Assembly (NCBI GenBank): GCA_963849735.1
Contig: CAWKJE010000033.1
Coordinates: 1,239 to 65,238 of the forward strand
Direction of reading: 5' to 3'
DNA length: 64,000 bases
Source of the DNA: an uncultured delta proteobacterium
Lineage (GTDB): Bacteria > Myxococcota_A > Polyangia > Fen-1088
Shown: one piece after another, positions 1 to 9,612 of the stretch
Layout of the letters: every line of letters starts with the position of its first letter
Numbering within the stretch: the stretch's first letter is position 1
Program-made: the position numbers and the translations under genes
Notes under the pieces: generated by a model
Seen by the model: only the letters and a program-made list of their open reading frames with translations
The model's database searches: none
Told to the model about the DNA's origin: nothing

Positions 1-1
1 G

Positions 2-325
2 GGATGTGATGGAAATGCCGAGGGAGTGGGTACTTGCACGTGGGCCGAGGCCAAGGCGTACTGCGCCGGGCTTTCCTTGGACGGTTCTGGTTGGCGCTTG
101 CCCACGCTCACGGAGCTGGAATCTATCGTGGATGCGGCGGTGCCGTTTCCAGGCCCGACAATCGACCAAACTGCCTTCCTAGGCACGCCATCAGGTGGTT
201 TCTGGACATCGTCCCCAGGCTCTGGTGTCCCTCCTAGCCACTGGGTCTCGATCGTCACCTTCGATTCAGGCGATTCCTTTGTGACCCCGGAGACCGACTA
301 CGAATGGACGCGCTGCGTCCGCTAA
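2..325 (+). CDS. DUF1566 (Lcl C-terminal-like) domain protein, 5' end cut by window edge
   Basis: The frame is open from nt 2. 'WAEAKAYCAGLSLDGSGWRLPTLTELESI' matches the DUF1566 signature (YC...WRLPT..EL). Stop at 323-325. Confidence 0.6.
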   Translation, partial: GCDGNAEGVGTCTWAEAKAYCAGLSLDGSGWRLPTLTELESIVDAAVPFPGPTIDQTAFLGTPSGGFWTSSPGSGVPPSHWVSIVTFDSGDSFVTPETDYEWTRCVR

Positions 326-599
326 GGGCGGATGGGTTAATGTAGCTGACCTAGGGCCGAACTCGACAACACCACCGGCGATAGCCCATCGGAGGCGATA
401 GGGAGGCCCGCGAATGCGCCGAGGTCGGCCCCCGTGTTCCGCCGGTTACTGCTGGGCTTGCCGGTGACATCGTCACTGGACAATGTCGATTGCCGCTATC
501 GGGGGAAGGCTGTGCCGCAGCGGACCATGCGTAGAATGAGCCTTGCGACGACTCGCATCTCGATGGGCGGAGTACGAGAGCCGCGCCACCCAGGTCAGG

Positions 600-1631
600 C
601 TATTGGTATACGGCCTTCGCGTTGTTGGAAGCACAGGTTCCCCCGTCCGATTCGCCGCTGCCAAAATTGCGCACGATGGTTTGGACGTGATACGAGCCCG
701 CTTGCATCGAGCCACGCCGTTCCTGGTAGACGAAAAATTCGCCCGTGGTTCCGGCCAGAGCGGCGAGTGCTTGACGCGGAATTGTCCCCTGGCCCATGGT
801 CGCATCGAACGAGCATGAGACGGAAACGTATGTGGCGGGATTTCCACGTCCTCCAAGCAAGGTCACGCCAACGAATGCGTTGGATTCGCCTCTCGTCCAG
901 GAGATCTGAAGGTCATCCGAGGTTGGAATGAGGTAGCTCCCGTAGATGACGCCGCCGTCAGGGCCCGCTGGCGCCGTCATCGCCACACAACCAGGGGCAA
1001 CAATGTTCTGTTGAAACGGGGGAACATCAGCACCCGGGGCCGAAAATGTCAGGATGTCTCCATCCATAAAGACAGGCGCTTCCGAGGGAGGATAAGTCCC
1101 GTTTGGATTTGGAGTGATGGCTAAATCATCGAAGACGGTTCCAGAGATCGTGATAGTGCCGGCCCTTGGAACGGGCTCGCAAGATGGAGGCGGCGGGTCG
1201 CACCCATACATCGCGTTCGCCGAGACTACTGCGCACGCGCCCACCGTGATTGCTTCGCAGGCCGGATAGAAAGCTAGCGTTGCGCCGTCAAGGTTGTGCC
1301 AGGACTGAAATGTGTAGGCACTTTGCCCCGCGCGGTAGAAGAACGCCTGCGCCGTGCCCATGTCGCTGTAGGTTATGTCCTGAGCGGCGGAGATGATCAC
1401 GCTACCCCCGTTCTCGGTCGCGATGACCGCGGCGCTTGCGTCTCCCTCCGCGGCATAGCAGGCGGTGATCGAGTCGTTTGCGGGCATAGACGCATTGTCC
1501 TGCCCATTATCCGCGGGCGCATCCTGCGGACCTGCGTCCAGAGAAGTCTGGGGTGCCTTGGTGCCACCACACGCCCAGAAGACGAGCGCCGTCGCGACGA
1601 TCCTCGTCCGAGCATTCACTCTACAGCACAT
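600..1631 (-). CDS. putative secreted lipoprotein, function unknown
   Basis: 343-aa ORF with an N-terminal signal and lipobox-like 'ALVFWACGG'. No catalytic motif recognised. Confidence 0.5.
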   Translation of the reverse strand: MCCRVNARTRIVATALVFWACGGTKAPQTSLDAGPQDAPADNGQDNASMPANDSITACYAAEGDASAAVIATENGGSVIISAAQDITYSDMGTAQAFFYRAGQSAYTFQSWHNLDGATLAFYPACEAITVGACAVVSANAMYGCDPPPPSCEPVPRAGTITISGTVFDDLAITPNPNGTYPPSEAPVFMDGDILTFSAPGADVPPFQQNIVAPGCVAMTAPAGPDGGVIYGSYLIPTSDDLQISWTRGESNAFVGVTLLGGRGNPATYVSVSCSFDATMGQGTIPRQALAALAGTTGEFFVYQERRGSMQAGSYHVQTIVRNFGSGESDGGTCASNNAKAVYQ

Positions 1632-2115
1632 GATGTGTCCACCATGTGGACGATGATCGCCCCGTTCGGGCTCTGCCGCAACCAGCCGGGTGACGGCGTC
1701 GGCGCTCCCTGGAGAGACAATCTCACAGGAGTGGGAGGAGGATGGTGCGTCTGTACAAGGTGGATCGCAAATTCAGGTGTGTCGGTCGGCGCGGCGAGCA
1801 GGGCGGCAATGCTGCTGCCACGTGCGCGGAGAAGATGTGCGACCAGGGAAGGCAACATCCCCCTGGCATGTATGACTCAGATTCGCAGGGGTGGCCTCAT
1901 TCTGTGGGTCGATAGCTAACTGGACTCAGGCGTCGTTTTCACAGCGGCGGCGGGAAGAGTGGGAGAACTTCAGTTCACCGGCGAGCACTCGCCCAGGTGT
2001 AAACCAACCTGTTCCGAGCTTGCCAAATCGGCACTCAGCCCACGGTTGAACGCTTCCTTGGTGCCCGACGACAAAGGCGCGGCGTCTCTCTCGTGAGGTT
2101 GGCGGACGAGCCTCC

Positions 2116-2577
2116 TCACCGAGGCGTAGGCTGGGCTAGTGCCGCAGGCGGAGGGCCGGGCGTTTCAGCTGGTGCAGGCAGGGCACCATGAGCTCCTGCG
2201 GTGGCGGTACGAGAGGGGCGGGGTGGCGTGGTGGAGACGGGCTGGCTGTAGACGACACAGCTTGCCTGTACCGTTGGCTCCCGCCGGCGTTCGTAGGCGA
2301 CGTAGGCGACGGAGGTCACCAGGATAGCGTCGCACCCCCTGGCCGCAGCCTCGGCGCGCAGGCTAGCAATCAGCGAAGCAGTGTCGAAGGCGCCGCCGAT
2401 GCCCGGGGAGATCTGGTAAAGGCCGATGTCCGTGTGCGGGACGGACGGCGGCGTAACAGCCAGGACCTGGACGTCCTCGATCCTGTGGGAGGCAAGCTGA
2501 TGCGGGGCCGGCTGCAGCGGCGTGTAGTAAATTTGTGGGCCGCAGCCTCCCAGGAGTGTGCCCAGGACGATTGTCAT
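2116..2577 (-). CDS. putative lipoprotein, function unknown
   Basis: The longest ORF runs to 2793. An internal ATG (2575-2577) gives a classical lipoprotein signal 'MTIVLGTLLGGCGPQ'. The C-terminus is Pro/Ala-rich. Confidence 0.45.
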   Translation of the reverse strand: MTIVLGTLLGGCGPQIYYTPLQPAPHQLASHRIEDVQVLAVTPPSVPHTDIGLYQISPGIGGAFDTASLIASLRAEAAARGCDAILVTSVAYVAYERRREPTVQASCVVYSQPVSTTPPRPSRTATAGAHGALPAPAETPGPPPAALAQPTPR

Positions 2578-3185
2578 CGCTCCTGCTCCTGTGCTCGGGG
2601 CGCTCGCACTACGGTGGGCAGTGAACTGAAGTGGCTCGCCAGGCATCGGTGGGGTGAGATTCAGTCGGAGCTGGCGGACGATCCGAAAGAAAGGGGCACC
2701 AAGGGAGTGAAGTGCCATGGCCCGTATTCGAACACGATTTGGCCGGGCAGTCCAGGCCCTCCCCTTTCCCGTGGCGATTGGCTGTCTCGCCAAGAGGCCA
2801 GCGTTTGGGGAAGGGTGCCGTGGGGCCCCTTATCGCTGTGGGGACCCCGAGAGCCGAACGGGCGAAGGGCTGCTTGACGAGCCGCACCCCGGCGAAGCAG
2901 TATTCATGGCACATCGCTGGGTCACCACGAGTGGCATCGCTATCAGCGTGACTGGCGCACGTGAAGACAATCTCGGTGCCGTATGAGGCACCCGGGGGTA
3001 CTCATCCACGCACGACGACCGGTCACTTGTTGTGACCACTGGGCACGCCGCCATCTCCGCGGTGGCCATCAGAATTCTGAGATCGAGGCTAGACTGGAGT
3101 CGGCAGGGCAAGGAGATTTGGCGTAAGCTGCCAGCCGGGTGCCTGGCATGCTTGTTGCGGCTAGTCAGGCCGGAGAGCACTTTCG

Positions 3186-4424
3186 ATGGATAATGCGCTG
3201 CGGCTCCTTATCGTATCAACCTTGCTCGCGTTGCTTGCCGTCGGCTGTGACCGCACGGGGCTGGATACCATCGGACCTGAGGGTGGGAGTGGTGGAGGGA
3301 GCAGCGGTGTAGGAGGTTCTGGCGGAGAAGGGAGCGTCCAATATGGTGGCGTCTCCGGCAGCGGTGGCTCGCAGGCCGGCGGGACGATCGGCAGTGGCGG
3401 AATCATCTCCACTGGTGGCATATCCGGATCTAACGGCGGTGGTACGGCCTCCTATGGCGGTGTCTCGGGCGGGTCCGGCAGCGGTGGTGTCCGTTCCCTT
3501 GGCGGCGTCTCCGGTTCGTCTGGCAGGGGCGGTGTCGGTGGTACCTTCGGCTCCGTTGGAAGCAGCGTGACATGCATTCCGCCACCTTGTCCTCCTGCAT
3601 GCACCCCTGGCTTGCTCAAGGTGCCGTCCAATGACTGCGACTGCAGTGGGCCGTGTGGCTGCCCGTGCGGTTGCTGGACCTGCGTGCCCATCTCCACATC
3701 TGGTACGGGTGGGACGATCTCGTTCGGTGGTGCGTCCGGCTCGTCCGGCACCGGTGGAACCATCTCCCATGGCGGCACTACTGGCCCGTCCGGCAGCGGT
3801 GGTGTTGTTTCCTCTGGTGGCAGCTCCGGCAGTTGCTCTGGGCAGGCACCAGTCAATCATCGCCCAAGTTCGGTGCAGTGCCCATCGCAGCGGGGTCCGG
3901 GACCGCAGGTATGTGACGGAGTGACCTGTACGATAAGCCAGCCCTACCCATCCCCCTACGCTTCGACGTGCTCCTCCGATTCCCAGTGCACAGCCGGAGT
4001 CAACGGTCGCTGCTTCCCTTGGGAAGGCCTGGTCTCGGCCGGAGGATGTTCGTATGACGAGTGCTCCAGCGACTCAAGTTGTGGAGCGAAGACGCCGTGC
4101 GCTTGCCGCAGCTCATCTACGGACAACAGCGCGAACATTTGCGACACCGGAGGTAACTGCGCGGTGGACTCGGATTGTGGCCCATGCGGATATTGCTCCC
4201 CCTCGGGCGAGGCTACTTCAAATCCCGATGTCGAGGCTGAAGGCATAGGCGCGCAAGAGGCCTACTATTGCCATACGCCAGGGGACCTATGCGTCAACGA
4301 TTCAGACTGCCCTGGGCCCGACGCGGGGATAGACACCACTGGCTGTCCGACATACACATCTTGTGCCTACATCGCGCAGAGCAACCGTTGGGAGTGCACC
4401 CAGGGCTATGTGTGCCCTCCGTGA
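3186..4424 (+). CDS. Gly/Ser-repeat, Cys-rich secreted lipoprotein
   Basis: Lipobox 'LLALLAVGCDRTG'. About 200 aa of degenerate GG(V/T)SGSGG repeats are followed by a Cys-rich region with repeated 'DSxC' motifs. Confidence 0.6.
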   Translation: MDNALRLLIVSTLLALLAVGCDRTGLDTIGPEGGSGGGSSGVGGSGGEGSVQYGGVSGSGGSQAGGTIGSGGIISTGGISGSNGGGTASYGGVSGGSGSGGVRSLGGVSGSSGRGGVGGTFGSVGSSVTCIPPPCPPACTPGLLKVPSNDCDCSGPCGCPCGCWTCVPISTSGTGGTISFGGASGSSGTGGTISHGGTTGPSGSGGVVSSGGSSGSCSGQAPVNHRPSSVQCPSQRGPGPQVCDGVTCTISQPYPSPYASTCSSDSQCTAGVNGRCFPWEGLVSAGGCSYDECSSDSSCGAKTPCACRSSSTDNSANICDTGGNCAVDSDCGPCGYCSPSGEATSNPDVEAEGIGAQEAYYCHTPGDLCVNDSDCPGPDAGIDTTGCPTYTSCAYIAQSNRWECTQGYVCPP

Positions 4425-4666
4425 TGGGGGGCCGAACCATCTTCGTGCAATCTTCGCACCGCCCACGGCTGGATCATCCGAAACGGGCCGCCCGCATAGC
4501 AGCATGACACGGATATCGCCCTGGCTGGAACACTCTCGGTGCCGCTGGTTACCCTGCTGATGAAGACGGAGGTGACGACGGGCTAGTGGGACTGACCAAC
4601 TTCGATTTTGTTGCCGATCGCGGCCATCCCCCATAGCATGCGCCGGACACAACCCCAGGAGAACGC

Positions 4667-5041
4667 ATGTCCGATCTGAACATCACCGCCATCATCGATA
4701 CCTTCGTCAGCCAAATCACCGCCGCCGTGGAATCGGCAGCAGCCCAGCGTCTCCAAGCTGCCATCGCAGGTGCCTTCGGTACGCCCCAAAAGCGTGGACC
4801 TGGTAGGCCGGCCAAGCAGGTTGTGGCACCTGTGGCACCCGTGGCGGCACCAAAGGCGGCAGCAAAGAAGGTGCGGAGGGTGACGCCTAAGGTCATACGG
4901 GCACGGAAGATTCAGGGGCAGTACCTGGGTGCGCTGCGAGCGCTGTCTGCCGCGGACAAGGCGAAGGTCCAATCGGTCGCCAAGGAGAAGGGCGTGGCTG
5001 CGGCGGTGAAGATGGCAAAGGGGATGAAGAGGGGGAAGTAG
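4667..5041 (+). CDS. small basic AT-hook DNA-binding protein
   Basis: 124-aa Lys/Ala-rich ORF with AT-hook core 'KRGPGRPAK'. An AGGAGA sits 4 nt upstream of the ATG. Confidence 0.55.
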   Translation: MSDLNITAIIDTFVSQITAAVESAAAQRLQAAIAGAFGTPQKRGPGRPAKQVVAPVAPVAAPKAAAKKVRRVTPKVIRARKIQGQYLGALRALSAADKAKVQSVAKEKGVAAAVKMAKGMKRGK

Positions 5042-5153
5042 GCGGTATCGTTCAGCCCATCCAAAATATCAACGCTCGCCACAAAGCTTCCATTGTGACG
5101 GAGGTGGCAATCCCGTTCGCGACCACGCCGTCTGCTGATTCAAAGATTGGCCA

Positions 5154-8100
5154 ATGCAATTCGTAGCTGGCGGACCGGACATTCCTGAACCTCTACTGCA
5201 GGCGCACGAGGAGGGGCGCGTGGTGTTCTTCTGCGGAGCTGGCATCTCCTATCCGGCGGGACTTCCAGGGTTCAAGGGATTGGTAGACAAAATCTACGAC
5301 CTCGTCGGCACCAGTCACACTGATATCGAGCGGGTGGCCTATGACCGGGGCCAGTTCGACGCCACATTAGATCTGCTGGAGCGCCGCCTACCCGGTCAGC
5401 GGTTGGCGGTGCGCAATGAACTCGCGGAAGCGCTGCGGCCGAAGAGCCGGAGGAGAGGCGCTACCGAGACCCACGCGTCTCTGCTGCAACTGGCGCGCGG
5501 ACGCGATGGGGCGGTGCGCCTGGTGACCACCAATTTCGACCGCATCTTTGCGAAGCTAACGGCCAAGGGAAAGCCCACTGTGCCAGCCTACGAGGCGCCA
5601 TTCTTGCCGATTCCGAGAGACAGCCGCTGGAATGGTCTAGTCTATTTGCACGGTCTTTTGCCGAAGGACCCCGACCCTCGCGTGCTGAACCAACTTGTTC
5701 TCACGAGCGGCGATTTCGGACTGGCCTATCTGACCGACCGCTGGGCGGCCCGCTTTGTGAGCGAGCTGTTTCGTAACTACATAGTCTGCTTCGTCGGCTA
5801 TAGCATCGATGATCCAGTTCTGCGTTACATGATGGACGCATTGGCCGCAGACCGGATGTTGGGAGGAAAAACACCTGAGGCTTACGCCTTCGGCGCATGC
5901 GCACCGGGAGACGAGAAGAGCAACACCATCGAGTGGGACGCCAAGGGCGTTCGGCCCATCCTTTACGATGACCGTAACAACCACTCGGCTCTGCACCTTA
6001 CCTTGAAGGCTTGGGCCGAAACCTACCGCGACGGCCTTCTTGGCAAGGAGCGCATCGTGGTCGACTGCGCAATCGCACGACCTTCCGCTAGTACCCAGCA
6101 GGACGATTTCGTCGGCCGCATGCTCTGGGCGCTTTCGGACGAGTCGGGCTTGCCGGCGAAACGATTTGCTGAATTCGATCCTGCACCGTCGCTGGAGTGG
6201 TTGGAGCCGCTATCCGCGGACCGATACAGCTTCAGGGACCTGGCCCGCTTCAAGGTCGTTCCCCAGGGCGACATTGATGGGAAGCTTGCCTTCAGCCTGG
6301 TCCACCGACCTGCGCCATATGCCCTGGCGCCGCCAATTATGCTGGCCTCCCATGGCGCCCACGAGACCAGATGGGACGACGTCATGCTTTATGTGGGCCG
6401 ATGGCTGGTCAGGCACCTCGACGACCCGGCGCTTATCCTATGGTTGGCCAAGAGGGGCGGCCGTTTGCACCATCAACTAGCTTCGCTGATCGAACACCAG
6501 CTTGAAGAATTTGCCCGCTACGAGCGCGAAGGCCAACAGGCTGAGCTGGCAAGCATCCGGGTTCGATCACCGAACGCGATTCCCCGTGAGTCGCTGCGCC
6601 AAGTGTGGCGCCTGCTGCTATCGGGCCGAGTAAAGTCCCCACGACAAACGGCGGATCTCCATCGCTGGCAGGCTCGACTCAAGCACGAGGGGCTTTCCTC
6701 CACGCTCCGCTTCGAGTTGCGCGAGCTATTGGCCCCCAAAGTGGTGTTGAAGGAGCCCTTCCGCTGGCCGAAGGATGACCCGGAGACCAAGACGCCGGCG
6801 CGTTTGAAGCAGCTTGTGGGCTGGGAATTGGCGTTGACCACTGACTATGTCCGTCTATCTATGCGCAATGTGGAAGTCGACGCAGATTGGCACCGTGCAC
6901 TTCCGGAGCTATTCGATGACCTTCAGCAACTGCTGCGCGATGCGCTGGACTTGCGGCGAGAACTTGGCGAGGGAGACGACCGTGGCGACGGATCGCTTTG
7001 GGAGCTCCCGTCCATTAGCGCCCACTCACAGAACCAAGATTTCCACGAATGGGTGGTCTTGATCCAGCTCGTTCGCGATGCCTGGCTGGCCATCCGCGAG
7101 CGCGATCCAACTCGCGCCACACAACTCGCTCGGGCGTGGTTTGGCACGAGGTATCCGACTTTCAAGCGTCTGGCCTTGTTCGCGGCCAGCCAGGACGGCT
7201 GTCTCGCGGCAGAGGAATGGGTGGACTGGTTGCTGGCCGACAATGCATGGTGGTTGTGGTCGCTTGACGTTAGACGCGAAATGCTACGACTCCTGGTGCT
7301 CCAAGGGACTCGCATCTCCCCGGAACTGCGAGTTCGTCTAGAGGCAGCGATTCTGGCTGGCGCACCGCGTTCGATGTTCCGCAATGACTTTGACGCAAGA
7401 GACTGGCAAGCACTTGTAGACCACTCGGTCTGGCTGCGTCTGGCCAAGCTGCAATCTTCAGGTGTACTTGGTGAGTCTGCCGCCGAGAGATTGGCTGCGT
7501 TGGCCACCGCAAATAAGTGGCGTCTTGCAGAAGACGAGAGAGATGAGTTCCCCGTTTGGTGGAGCAGGACTCGTGCTCGCAACCTTGATGAAAACTACCA
7601 AGGGGAGGTTGCCCCGCGCACTCGGGCTGAACTGGTTGTTTGGCTAAGACGACCGCCGCCCCAGCATTCCCTTAACGATGACAGGTGGCGTGAGACCTGC
7701 CGGACCCGCTTCTTTCATTGTGCCCTTGCACTTTGCGATCTTGCCGGCGCATCGCAATGGCCCGAGAACCGTTGGGGCGAAGCCTTGCAGGCATGGAGTC
7801 AGGAAGGTCTGGTGTTGCGCTCGTGGCACTTCCTCGCCCAGCTGGTTCGCAGCATGCCTGACGAAGTCCTGCAGAAAACCGTCTACGACATCGCTTGGTG
7901 GTTGGAGGTTGTCTCAAGATTGTTGGACCGCAACGAGGACATCCTTCTGGATTTATGTCACCGCGTCTTGGCGTGCGAATACAAGGATCGGGATGACACC
8001 GGCAACCCGGTGGACCGGGCCATCAACCACCCGGTTGGCCACGCTACTCAGGCCTTGCTGAACTTGTGGTTCAAGGGGAAGCCAAAGGATAACGAGAACC

Positions 8101-8942
8101 TGCCGGCCGACCTGAAGCCTCTCTTCACCCAACTTTGCAACACGAATGTGGCGAAGTTTCGCCATGGCCGCGTGCTGTTAGCATCCAATTTAATCGCACT
8201 ATTCCGTGTCGACCAGCCCTGGACGGAAGAGAACTTGTTGCCTCTCTTTGATTGGGCGACGGATTCTGCGGCGGCGCGCGTAGTTTGGGAAGGATTTTTG
8301 TGGTCCCCGCGCTTGTACCGGCCTCTCTTGATCGCATTCAAGACCCAATTGCTCGATACCGTCAAACACTACCAGAAACTGGGTCAGCATGCCGACCAGT
8401 TTGCGGCGCTTCTGACCTACGCGGCTCTGAACATGGGGGACATCTGCACGAAGCCGGAATTCCGGGAGGCATGGGCAGCATTGCCCCAGCGTGGCCTGGA
8501 TGCGTCGGCGCAAGCACTCGTCCATGCCCTAGAGGGTGCAGACGAACAACGCGAGGACTACTGGAGTAATCGCATCCAACCATTCTGGCAGCACATCTGG
8601 CCCAAGTCTCGGCAGTTGCGTTCAAAGAGCATTGCGGAGAGTCTGGCTCGTGTCAGCATCGCGGCCCGAAGCGCATTCCCCAAGGCTCTGGCTGGCGTTG
8701 GCGCATGGCTGATGCCGACTGAACACCCGGACACGATCGTCCACCTGCTGCGCGAGTCGAAATTGGCCGAGCGATTTCCGGAGGATGCGCTACGCCTATT
8801 GGATGTCCTTATCAAGGACCAGGCGTGGCCACCCTCCGAGCTCAACGAGTGCTTGACCACCATTTTTCAGAAAGCACCCAGGTTGTCTCGGGATCGGCGG
8901 TATATGCGTCTGCAAGATTATCTTCGCCGGCATGGAACTTGA
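5154..8942 (+). CDS. SIR2-family (SIR2_2 type) protein with ~950-aa helical C-terminal region; DSR1-like defence-associated sirtuin
   Basis: N-terminal motifs 'FFCGAGISYPAGLPGF', 'VTTNFDRIF', 'LVYLHG' and 'FVGYSIDDPVLRYM' are typical of the defence-type SIR2 fold. The rest is long, Leu/Trp/Arg-rich and helical-looking. Confidence 0.75.
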   Translation: MQFVAGGPDIPEPLLQAHEEGRVVFFCGAGISYPAGLPGFKGLVDKIYDLVGTSHTDIERVAYDRGQFDATLDLLERRLPGQRLAVRNELAEALRPKSRRRGATETHASLLQLARGRDGAVRLVTTNFDRIFAKLTAKGKPTVPAYEAPFLPIPRDSRWNGLVYLHGLLPKDPDPRVLNQLVLTSGDFGLAYLTDRWAARFVSELFRNYIVCFVGYSIDDPVLRYMMDALAADRMLGGKTPEAYAFGACAPGDEKSNTIEWDAKGVRPILYDDRNNHSALHLTLKAWAETYRDGLLGKERIVVDCAIARPSASTQQDDFVGRMLWALSDESGLPAKRFAEFDPAPSLEWLEPLSADRYSFRDLARFKVVPQGDIDGKLAFSLVHRPAPYALAPPIMLASHGAHETRWDDVMLYVGRWLVRHLDDPALILWLAKRGGRLHHQLASLIEHQLEEFARYEREGQQAELASIRVRSPNAIPRESLRQVWRLLLSGRVKSPRQTADLHRWQARLKHEGLSSTLRFELRELLAPKVVLKEPFRWPKDDPETKTPARLKQLVGWELALTTDYVRLSMRNVEVDADWHRALPELFDDLQQLLRDALDLRRELGEGDDRGDGSLWELPSISAHSQNQDFHEWVVLIQLVRDAWLAIRERDPTRATQLARAWFGTRYPTFKRLALFAASQDGCLAAEEWVDWLLADNAWWLWSLDVRREMLRLLVLQGTRISPELRVRLEAAILAGAPRSMFRNDFDARDWQALVDHSVWLRLAKLQSSGVLGESAAERLAALATANKWRLAEDERDEFPVWWSRTRARNLDENYQGEVAPRTRAELVVWLRRPPPQHSLNDDRWRETCRTRFFHCALALCDLAGASQWPENRWGEALQAWSQEGLVLRSWHFLAQLVRSMPDEVLQKTVYDIAWWLEVVSRLLDRNEDILLDLCHRVLACEYKDRDDTGNPVDRAINHPVGHATQALLNLWFKGKPKDNENLPADLKPLFTQLCNTNVAKFRHGRVLLASNLIALFRVDQPWTEENLLPLFDWATDSAAARVVWEGFLWSPRLYRPLLIAFKTQLLDTVKHYQKLGQHADQFAALLTYAALNMGDICTKPEFREAWAALPQRGLDASAQALVHALEGADEQREDYWSNRIQPFWQHIWPKSRQLRSKSIAESLARVSIAARSAFPKALAGVGAWLMPTEHPDTIVHLLRESKLAERFPEDALRLLDVLIKDQAWPPSELNECLTTIFQKAPRLSRDRRYMRLQDYLRRHGT

Positions 8943-9144
8943 AGATTGGCTGACTCGTGCCTGCCCAAGGACTAAACGCTGGTACCCGAACGGGGACCGC
9001 GGAGGCTCGGATGCTAGCCGGTGTAGGTGTTGCACCTGTTCAGCAGATTGAGCATCTTGCGGTCCTGGCCTTCGGGTATGCTGCCCCAGCGCACGTGCCG
9101 ACCCCATCGGCAAATGTGCCCGCGCTCAACGAGAGGAAATCAAG

Positions 9145-9456
9145 ATGCCCAAAGGCCCCCTGTCCAAGTCCGACCTAATCCGGAAAATTGCCGACCAGTT
9201 CGACGGCAAGCTCACCCGCAAGGACGTGAAAGGTGTCATCGAATCCGTGGCCAGCATCGGGCATGCAGAGTTGAAGAAGAACGGCGTGTTCGTCGTTCCC
9301 GGCCTGATACGCATGGTCGTCGTCAAGAAGCCCGCCACCAAGGCGCGCAAAGGCATCAACCCCTTCACCAAGGAGCCCACCGTTTTCAAGGCCAAGCCAG
9401 CTCGCAAGGTCATCAAGGGCCGCCCGGTCAAAGCAGCCAAGGACGCCATCGCGTAG
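9145..9456 (+). CDS. HU-family DNA-binding protein
   Basis: 103 aa. 'LSKSDLIRKIA...LTRKDVKGVIESV...ELKKNGVFVVPGL...ARKGINPFTKEP' follows the HU/IHF fold pattern. Confidence 0.85.
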   Translation: MPKGPLSKSDLIRKIADQFDGKLTRKDVKGVIESVASIGHAELKKNGVFVVPGLIRMVVVKKPATKARKGINPFTKEPTVFKAKPARKVIKGRPVKAAKDAIA

Positions 9457-9612
9457 CGATAGGCTCCCGGGAGACCTACAGCAGGCTGGGACCGCCCCTA
9501 CCACCCCCCAGCCCTATTTCGCCGCCGAGATTTGGGAACCCGAATGCATAGCATATCGTAGGCATCGGTGTTTCACGGATGGCCAAGCTGGTCTAAGCTG
9601 CCTCGTGCAAGA

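Noticed and set aside
434-931. Several 70-165-aa ORFs on both strands overlapping the 3' part of the 600-1631 lipoprotein gene
   Set aside because: They overlap a longer ORF that has a signal peptide. Their products are Arg/Pro/Ser-rich and typical of off-frame GC-rich translation.
1846-1923. Possible third copy of the 107-bp repeat (shares 'GATAGCTAACTGG' and a loose upstream match)
   Set aside because: Apart from the 3' 12-mer, the alignment needs many gaps and mismatches, so I cannot distinguish it from chance by eye.
3290-3830. Tandem degenerate repeats that could be mistaken for a VNTR or CRISPR-like array (also at 31260-31440 and 54950-55200)
   Set aside because: The repeats are in frame within lipoprotein genes and encode GGxSGSGG units. 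There is no constant repeat plus unique spacer structure.
9464-9473. Perfect 10-bp palindrome CTCCCGGGAG just after the HU stop, considered as a terminator
   Set aside because: It has no loop and no downstream T-tract. It is too short to call as an intrinsic terminator or operator.
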